This document shows, piece after piece, positions 57,454-64,000 of a DNA stretch of 64,000 nucleotides. Numbering within the stretch: position 1 is the first letter of the stretch; each line of letters starts with the position of its first letter. A model generated the notes under the pieces. That model was not told the origin of the DNA. It saw only the letters and a list, made by a program, of their open reading frames with translations, and searched no databases. The DNA is from a virus (taxonomy: Duplodnaviria > Heunggongvirae > Uroviricota > Caudoviricetes). Location: the IMG/VR virus record IMGVR_UViG_3300021387_000463, positions 235,001 through 299,000 of that record. One strand, written 5' to 3'. The position numbers were made by a program, and so were the translations under genes.

Positions 57454-59493
57454 ATGGCTAAAAATACAGTTTTCCAAGCCCTAGATAAAGCTATAAGCGG
57501 TAATTGGTCTTCTCCATCAACATCAATAGCAGAACCACATATAAATTCATATGATTTGAGTTCTAATGGTGGTAAAAATATACTCTACAAAACAACGGAT
57601 AGAGAGGATTACTTACAGAAGAAACTAGAGCTTCAGCAAGATAAGTACTTGAAGGACAGATGGGTTAAAACAAATGTTAACCTAGCTGTAACTGCATATG
57701 CTGGACTTAACAACGTCAAGTTGATGTATCGTGATGGCGATTTGATGGATGCATTTCCAGAGATTAGTGCAGCACTTGATATTGTTTCTGAGGAAAGTAC
57801 AATTGTTAATGACAAGGGAATGGTTGTTAATGTTTATTCAAAGTCAGATAGAATCAAGAGCATTCTTGAGGATTTGTTCGTGAATAGGCTTAACATCCAG
57901 TTAACTGGTCAAATGATTATTCGTGCAATGTGTAAGTATGGTAATCAGTTCATGTTATTGGATATTGACCATAAGAATGGTGTGAAGGGTTGGAAACAAC
58001 TTCCAGTGTTTAACATGGAAAGAATTGAGAACGGAATTCAGAATCCTTATGGTGCTGGTGCATCAATCGCTGTTAACGGTATCACAAAGGATGACGCAGA
58101 CCTTTCAACTCAGTTCATTTGGTTGGATGACAATAACTCTCAAGTACCATTTAGAGATTGGCAGATTGCACACTTCAGATTGCTCACCAACTCATTATAT
58201 TTGCCTTACGGTGTAAGTTATCTTAATGGCGCACGTAGACATTGGAGAATGCTTTCACTTATGGAGGACATGATGCTTATTTATCGTCTTGAGCGTTCTG
58301 TTGAAAGACGTGTATATAAGATTTTCGTAGGAGCAATTGACGATGCTGATGTTGAGGCATATGTTGAGAGAATTGCTAATGAGTTCAAAAGAACACCAAT
58401 TATTGACCCAGTAACAGGTCAAGTTGACCTTCGTAAGAATATTCTTGGAATTGATAATGATATATTCATTCCAGTTCGTGATGAGAATGCTCCAACTCCA
58501 ATTGATACTCTTCAAGCAGGTCAGAACATGACAGCTCTTGATGACATCAAGTTCGTACAGAATAAGGTGTTGACCTCACTTAGAATACCTAAGTCATTCT
58601 TGAATTTCGAGGAAGGTGTTGGTGACGGTAAGAATCTTGCACTTATGGATATTCGTTTCACTAGAACAGTAAACAGAATACAGCAAGCATTCTTGATGGA
58701 ACTTACAAAAGTGGCTTCAATCCACTTGTTCTTGTTGGGATTCAATGATGAATTAACTAATTTCTCATTGACAATGAATAATCCATCAACACAAGCTGAA
58801 GGATTGGAGATTGAGAATATGCAAAAGAAGATTGATGCTGTTAGAGACGCAGTATCAGACCCAGGAAATGGTCTTCCAGTTATGTCACAGACTCGTGCTC
58901 TTAAGCAGATTATGAAATGGTCTGAGAAGGAGATTAAAGAGAACCTTGAAGAGATACGTCTTGAGAAGGGTATTGCTGCTGAACTTGAGAAAACCACACA
59001 GATTATCAAGAAGACTGGTATTTTCGATACCGTTGATAGAATCTATGGTGAACCAGGAGCAGAATACATGGATGATATGCAAGGCGGTCAAGGCGGCATG
59101 GACGCTGGAGGAGGCGGTATGGGCGGTGGAATGGGAGCACCACCACCTCCAATGGGAGACGCACCTGATATGGGTGGAGATATGGGCACACAAGGTGATG
59201 ATGGTAGTGGAATGACACCAGCCCAAGAGGGTTCAATGCCAACTGCCGATATGGGAACTGACCCAAATGCACCAATGGAGTCTAGATATTCAAGCAAGCC
59301 ACTAATAAAGGAGCAGAACAACAAGCTTGATGAAATGTTTAATAAGTATCTCTCAACCTTGAATGGGCGTAATGAGAAACATAGGGAAACTGAATACAAG
59401 CGTGCAAATGTCTATGACGAGGACTCATTATTGATTAATGAGGAATTTGATAAGATGATTGACGAACTTGGTAAGTTTGTTGACAATGAATAA
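57454..59493 (+). CDS. portal protein (T4 gp20-like) with G/M/P/D-rich C-terminal tail
   Basis: PEISAALDIVSEE...AHFRL...YGVSYL..ARRHWRMLSLMEDMMLIYRLERSVERRVYKI...LRIPKSFL...DIRFTRTV. Confidence 0.95.
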   Translation: MAKNTVFQALDKAISGNWSSPSTSIAEPHINSYDLSSNGGKNILYKTTDREDYLQKKLELQQDKYLKDRWVKTNVNLAVTAYAGLNNVKLMYRDGDLMDAFPEISAALDIVSEESTIVNDKGMVVNVYSKSDRIKSILEDLFVNRLNIQLTGQMIIRAMCKYGNQFMLLDIDHKNGVKGWKQLPVFNMERIENGIQNPYGAGASIAVNGITKDDADLSTQFIWLDDNNSQVPFRDWQIAHFRLLTNSLYLPYGVSYLNGARRHWRMLSLMEDMMLIYRLERSVERRVYKIFVGAIDDADVEAYVERIANEFKRTPIIDPVTGQVDLRKNILGIDNDIFIPVRDENAPTPIDTLQAGQNMTALDDIKFVQNKVLTSLRIPKSFLNFEEGVGDGKNLALMDIRFTRTVNRIQQAFLMELTKVASIHLFLLGFNDELTNFSLTMNNPSTQAEGLEIENMQKKIDAVRDAVSDPGNGLPVMSQTRALKQIMKWSEKEIKENLEEIRLEKGIAAELEKTTQIIKKTGIFDTVDRIYGEPGAEYMDDMQGGQGGMDAGGGGMGGGMGAPPPPMGDAPDMGGDMGTQGDDGSGMTPAQEGSMPTADMGTDPNAPMESRYSSKPLIKEQNNKLDEMFNKYLSTLNGRNEKHRETEYKRANVYDEDSLLINEEFDKMIDELGKFVDNE

Positions 59494-59563
59494 GATAAAA
59501 GGCGTGGCAATAACTGTCACGCTTTTTCTGTTAAACATGATATTTATAAGAAATAATGTTTGA

Positions 59564-61858
59564 ATGAAAAGTAAAAGATTATTAGAATATTTTGAAGGTA
59601 CTCCAGATACTGTATACGATACGACTAATCAAGTAACTTGGGAATGGGATAATGAAATGGCAATATCTTTTGGATACTTCCCTATTTCATTAGATAATGA
59701 GTACCTTTTTATGACTGGTACAACAACTCATCTTATGATTGGAGCACAAGCAGCAAAGAAATTGATGGGAAAGGCAATCAGTCATATAAAGGACACCTAT
59801 ATTCCTTGGATTGAAAGACAGTGTTATGGAAAGTCATATTGTCGTGGAAGGATATGGACATTTGATACTGATAAGTATCCTAGTATCATGGCATTTTGGT
59901 ATCTTCCAAGTTCTAGAATGGTTAGAAAGATTGTAAATGAACTTAATATAGACCCATACAAATATATATTGGTAGTGGAAGACTCTAAGAATGCATTTGA
60001 GGAAAATCCAACAATAGCCGAATATATAGAGTCAAATTGTAATGGTGATGATGGATATGATGAAATTAGCGAACCATTTGCTATTGATAAGAGGGTTGTT
60101 GAAATTATAAGAAGATATAATGATACCCAGAAGACTTGGCAAACTAGCAAGGAAAAGGAAGGTTGGAAGTCGCTTGCCCAGAGAAATGCTGTGTTGTATC
60201 AAGAGAATAGACAGAGGATTGATGAATACTTTGCTGGAGACCCAGATACGATTGATGAGTTCGATGATGTTAGTGGTGAATGCATAAGAAGCATAAACTA
60301 TAGGGATAAGAACGTAATATCATTCGGTTTCTTCCAGACAACACTTGATGGAGGTAAGGAATTCATATATAAGACTGACATCTGTCATCATGACATCTGT
60401 AGGGGAATTGCAGAGAAGATAGTTGGTAAAGCCATAGCTTCAGAGGACGTAGAAGAGGGTGAGATAAGAGAGATTGCCTCTTCAATATATTCTGCTACAG
60501 CATACAAGGGACGTATATTCTTGGATGCCAACATGATAACAACATGGAACAGGGTATCTTCAAGTACATTAGAGAATTTGCTTAATCTAATGGGTGGTGT
60601 TGAAAAGTGGAAGCACTTGAGTTACATTGTTCCAAGATGGTATGACCAGAATTGGGAAACTGATGATTTGTCACAGAAGAATATTAATGTTGTTGAATAC
60701 ATTGCAGATGGCATTACTGCTGATGAAACAAGAGATAAGTACTTGATGGAAAGGGATTTCAAACCATTGGTTGATGAGTGGCTTATCAACACCATAAGAG
60801 ACTACAATAAACCTAACTCAACATTAGCAACTAAGACAGCAAAATTGGGTAATATGACAATTGCACAATACAATTCGTTGATACATCAAGAAGAGAAAGA
60901 ACCTAAACAAACTATAAAAGAAAATAATATAAATATGAAAGATAATAAGTATCAAGACTATATTAACATAATGTCTGAGGCATTACAGAAGGATGACTTC
61001 AAGGCATACGAATATGTTAAAGAAATGCTAGATGAGACTATTGAAGAGAGCAAGCATGAGAAAGAACTTATGAACGAAATGAATACAACCAATTTCGGTG
61101 TGTTGAACCATATCTTCGAGAATGAACTTCCAACTCTCATCAAGACAAACAAAAAGGCTGTAAGGAATGTCATCAAGACCATTAAGGAGGATAAGAACCT
61201 TATCAACCAGTTCAACTTCTACAATGTCATCAAGGAGCAGTACAATGGAAGTCATGCTGACATGATTTCATCTAAGGAAGCTCTTGAGAACCTTGCAAAG
61301 ATTGTTGGTGAAAACATTGACCTCAAGACCGTAAAGGCTTCAAACAAGAAGTTAAGAAACGTGATGATTGAGAGTGGTGTTAAGCCAAGTAACTTTGTTG
61401 ATGAGGAATCAAGAAAGCTTTATGAAAATGGTGATGTAATCCTCACATCAAAGAGAAATACAAACAACATGATTTCTCTTGTCGAGAGTTATAACGCTGT
61501 TAGCAACTGGATGGATGCTCATAAGTCAGATAAGATTAATGAAGGTAAGACTCCAGATGAAATGATTAAGGAGTTTGAGGACAAACTTAAGGACAACCTT
61601 AATGAGTCTGAGATTTCATTCGTTCAGCAAATCACTGATTGGAGAAGTCCAATTGCAGAGCAGAGAAAAGAGAAACTTTTCAACAAGTTCAAGAATGAAT
61701 GCATCAATAAGATTAACGAAATGTTGAAGGAAGATGCAGAGAATGTTGAGCTTAAGGGTTTGAGCGACCAGATTAATGAAATGAATTTTAATAAAGAGAC
61801 AATTGTAAAGGATATTGCAAAGTTACTTGAAATAAGAGATATTTTAATGGATGATTAA
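59564..61858 (+). CDS. late protein: two tandem paralogous domains plus a C-terminal helical domain
   Basis: LLEYFEGTPDT..ISFGYF..H..GKAI..RGRIW vs IDEYFAGDPDT..ISFGFF..H..GKAI..KGRIF; possible internal start MKDNKY at 60934. Confidence 0.75.
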   Translation: MKSKRLLEYFEGTPDTVYDTTNQVTWEWDNEMAISFGYFPISLDNEYLFMTGTTTHLMIGAQAAKKLMGKAISHIKDTYIPWIERQCYGKSYCRGRIWTFDTDKYPSIMAFWYLPSSRMVRKIVNELNIDPYKYILVVEDSKNAFEENPTIAEYIESNCNGDDGYDEISEPFAIDKRVVEIIRRYNDTQKTWQTSKEKEGWKSLAQRNAVLYQENRQRIDEYFAGDPDTIDEFDDVSGECIRSINYRDKNVISFGFFQTTLDGGKEFIYKTDICHHDICRGIAEKIVGKAIASEDVEEGEIREIASSIYSATAYKGRIFLDANMITTWNRVSSSTLENLLNLMGGVEKWKHLSYIVPRWYDQNWETDDLSQKNINVVEYIADGITADETRDKYLMERDFKPLVDEWLINTIRDYNKPNSTLATKTAKLGNMTIAQYNSLIHQEEKEPKQTIKENNINMKDNKYQDYINIMSEALQKDDFKAYEYVKEMLDETIEESKHEKELMNEMNTTNFGVLNHIFENELPTLIKTNKKAVRNVIKTIKEDKNLINQFNFYNVIKEQYNGSHADMISSKEALENLAKIVGENIDLKTVKASNKKLRNVMIESGVKPSNFVDEESRKLYENGDVILTSKRNTNNMISLVESYNAVSNWMDAHKSDKINEGKTPDEMIKEFEDKLKDNLNESEISFVQQITDWRSPIAEQRKEKLFNKFKNECINKINEMLKEDAENVELKGLSDQINEMNFNKETIVKDIAKLLEIRDILMDD

Positions 61859-62084
61859 TGTTATAAAAGACGTTATAAGTGAGGTTATAAATAATTATCT
61901 AAATAGTAAGTGTATGATTAAAGAAAATTCTTATTGGGGGGACGATTTGCAGACATTACATGCTTGCGAAGAGTCCCTAAAGGGTGTATACGGAAGATTG
62001 ATAGATAAAGGTCTAACAAAAAACGTTTACATCGTTCAACAGCTTGGGGAAATAATTGGTAAGCTAGAGAAATTAACAAAGTAA
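61851..62084 (+). CDS. hypothetical protein (IKDVISEVINNYL leader)
   Basis: 77 aa, overlapping the upstream stop. Confidence 0.65.
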   Translation: MINVIKDVISEVINNYLNSKCMIKENSYWGDDLQTLHACEESLKGVYGRLIDKGLTKNVYIVQQLGEIIGKLEKLTK

Positions 62085-62188
62085 GTAAAGATGGGTAATC
62101 TACGCACGATTGCCCATTTTTTTTTGTGTTTGGGGCTTGATTTTTACTAAAATTTTTGTTATTTTTTAAAAGTAAAAGATATAACAAA

Positions 62189-62623
62189 ATGAAACGACTT
62201 AATAAAGAATATAAATTAGACGTGTGTAATCATATTTCGTTAAAGTATGGTACGGTAAATAGAAACAACCCTCAAGTTGTTTATATCAGTGGGAAATGTT
62301 GGGTATCTCCACAAAGAGAAATGAATTATTCTGATGTTATTGATAACATTGAAAAAGGTATGAAGAGGAATATAAAATCATTTTTGATTGATGGTATAAA
62401 CTTCGATAATCGCTTTATATTAGACTTTGACATCAACACTGAAGGGCTTATACCGAAGGAGAAGAAATTCCTCTCATTCGACTTCTATTTGCGTCAGAAC
62501 GAGAAGAACAAAAAGCAGTTACAAGATTTGAATGATTTGTTTAAGAGAAAGATTAGTACTATTGCCAACAACCTAGTATATTCTTTTAAGGAAAATGATT
62601 TCACGATAAACAAAAAAAAATAA
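62189..62623 (+). CDS. hypothetical phage protein
   Basis: MKRLNKE start; YGTVNRNNP...FILDFDI motifs. Confidence 0.7.
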   Translation: MKRLNKEYKLDVCNHISLKYGTVNRNNPQVVYISGKCWVSPQREMNYSDVIDNIEKGMKRNIKSFLIDGINFDNRFILDFDINTEGLIPKEKKFLSFDFYLRQNEKNKKQLQDLNDLFKRKISTIANNLVYSFKENDFTINKKK

Positions 62624-62658
62624 ACTCTCAAGAATATTTATTATAAAAATTAAGTATC

Positions 62659-62991
62659 ATGAAGAAGGTAATAAGACTAACAGAATCAGAATTGAAAAAT
62701 ATCATAAAGAATTCCGTTAATAGAATATTAAGGGAAGATGTATTGGGAAATGATTGGCGTGAGAACGACAATGTATTGAATAACTATGAACCATTTGAGG
62801 GTGAGGAACATTCTACCCCATTTGACGGTATGACAAATGACCATGACTTTGGAATAACTGGAGAACCTCTTGACCAAACTCATGATGACATTAATCAAGA
62901 TGATATTGTAAATGGTGGAGACCCAGAGGAATGGGCACAAGATAGAATTGACCTTGAGGCCAATTACGATGATTTTCCACCAATGAGATAA
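62659..62991 (+). CDS. acidic protein with MKKVIRLTESELKNIIKNSVNRILRE leader
   Basis: Leader motif; late motif at 62634. Confidence 0.8.
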   Translation: MKKVIRLTESELKNIIKNSVNRILREDVLGNDWRENDNVLNNYEPFEGEEHSTPFDGMTNDHDFGITGEPLDQTHDDINQDDIVNGGDPEEWAQDRIDLEANYDDFPPMR

Positions 62992-63017
62992 TTTTTTTGG
63001 ATGGTGTTTTGGCAAAA

Positions 63018-63050
63018 AGAAAGCGAGACTAGATTTAGCCTCGCTTTTTT
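63018..63050. terminator. bidirectional terminator
   Basis: aaaagcgagacta-gatt-tagcctcgctttttt between convergent genes. Confidence 0.75.
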
Positions 63051-63054
63051 ATTT

Positions 63055-63453
63055 TTAAATATTCTTTATTTTTACTGTGAAACTTTTAATGTATGAATTC
63101 CTTACACATACAAATTCTATGTTGTCTTTTATTGGAGCATATGCCTTGATTCTCTCCATGAATGTTTGTCTGTCCTTAGATGTGTAGTCACTCATTGGAT
63201 AGCATATATATTCTGTATAACGTCCCATATCCTTTGAATTCATATGCCTCCATCCACATTCTCTTTCAGCTCTCAAGAGGGCTTCAATTGCTCTACCGTT
63301 TGCAGATGAACGATATTCGTCAACTTGGCCTTGGTCGAAGAATAGGTCAGTTTGTCCATTTGGATAAACACCAATCTCATTTATAATTCTAGTGACCGAT
63401 TCGTTTATCAGACCATGCAAGTCACCTTCAGTTAATCTTATCACTTTTTTCAT
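63055..63453 (-). CDS. protein with MKKVIRLTEGDLHGLINESVTRIINE leader
   Basis: Leader motif; directly downstream of the prohead protease gene. Confidence 0.8.
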   Translation of the reverse strand: MKKVIRLTEGDLHGLINESVTRIINEIGVYPNGQTDLFFDQGQVDEYRSSANGRAIEALLRAERECGWRHMNSKDMGRYTEYICYPMSDYTSKDRQTFMERIKAYAPIKDNIEFVCVRNSYIKSFTVKIKNI

Positions 63454-63457
63454 AACA

Positions 63458-64000
63458 TTATGATTTTAGAATACTCTTAATTTTACTAATCTTTTCGTTA
63501 AGGCTTGGCTTCTCATTCTTTGTTGTATCTGTTTCAACATACTGCTGCAAGTCTTCTGCTGCGCCAACAAATGCACCTGGAGTTGAAGGGTCGCTAACTA
63601 CGTCCCAGCAGATAAGCTCGAAGTCATCACCTACGATATATTGTCCAAGCTTCTGTTCAACTGAGCCGACACCTCTTGAAGATACACCAATCTTAATTCC
63701 GTTCATAAGTAGGTTAGCCATGTCATCACCACGTGTACTTACAATACCATATTTTCTAAAACCGTATGAGGTATTAATCTCAAGCTTTCCTACAAGTGTT
63801 CTTCCTTCCCAATGAAGTTCAACGATATTGATTGCAATTCTACCCAAATCAATTGTTGACTCTGCTGGGTGATTCAACTCACCAATTGCTCTTCTATCAT
63901 TAATCTTCTCTTGGTATAGTTCAACTTGCTTCTTCAATACAGCCTCTGGATATATTCTACCATTTGCGTTCTTAACGCCAAACTTTTGAAATACAGCATC
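63458..64000 (-). CDS. prohead core protease (T4 gp21-like), 5' end outside the window
   Basis: DAVFQKFGVKNANGRIYP...AIGELNHP...IGVSSRGVGS...WDVVSDPSTPGA; C-terminal SLNE site. Confidence 0.95.
   Translation of the reverse strand, partial: DAVFQKFGVKNANGRIYPEAVLKKQVELYQEKINDRRAIGELNHPAESTIDLGRIAINIVELHWEGRTLVGKLEINTSYGFRKYGIVSTRGDDMANLLMNGIKIGVSSRGVGSVEQKLGQYIVGDDFELICWDVVSDPSTPGAFVGAAEDLQQYVETDTTKNEKPSLNEKISKIKSILKS

Noticed and set aside
1-64000. Alternative genetic code (TAG=Gln, as in Lak megaphages)
   Set aside because: Long genes (PolB, Clp, terminase, portal) are uninterrupted in code 11. TAG ends the sigma gene just before its terminator. Reading the TAG at 30331 as Gln does not restore the phosphoesterase frame.
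1-64000. CRISPR array or DGR/retron elements
   Set aside because: No regularly spaced repeat-spacer array, cas gene or reverse transcriptase motif was seen. The GACTT..AAGTAC boxes are irregularly spaced.

Overview
This 64-kb window is a fragment of a large, AT-rich T4-like jumbo phage read in the standard genetic code. The host is almost certainly a Bacteroidota (Bacteroidales/Prevotella-like) cell, because more than 20 promoters match the TTTG(-33)/TAnnTTTG(-7) consensus. The left end (1-8 kb) has small early genes, a degenerate tRNA, a sigma-70-like factor, a perfect parS palindrome and a ParB-like gene. The middle carries replication and nucleotide/RNA-metabolism genes: intein-containing PolB, UvrD-like helicase, dNMP kinase, thioredoxin, Thg1, a nucleotidyltransferase, two metallophosphoesterases, a Clp ATPase and thymidylate synthase. 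The right end carries head-assembly genes: scaffold-like protein, large terminase, gp20-like portal and gp21-like prohead protease. Four observations stand out. (1) A metallophosphoesterase gene has its catalytic D-T-H motif split by ACC-TAG-GT-ACT just after a perfect hairpin, a candidate 8-nt programmed ribosomal bypass. (2) About 15 late genes share an ATATTTATA upstream motif and/or a portable 'KKIIRLTESDLHNIVKESVxxILxE' leader with I/L-x-E sites, suggesting a capsid-cargo tagging and polyprotein-processing system carrying ART-like, Nudix, HAD, NTase, ferritin-like and GNAT-like domains. (3) A probable -1 frameshift extends the scaffold-like protein. (4) A parS site lies beside a ParB-like gene near a possible origin or terminus. 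All functional calls come from motif recognition only; no database searches were run.
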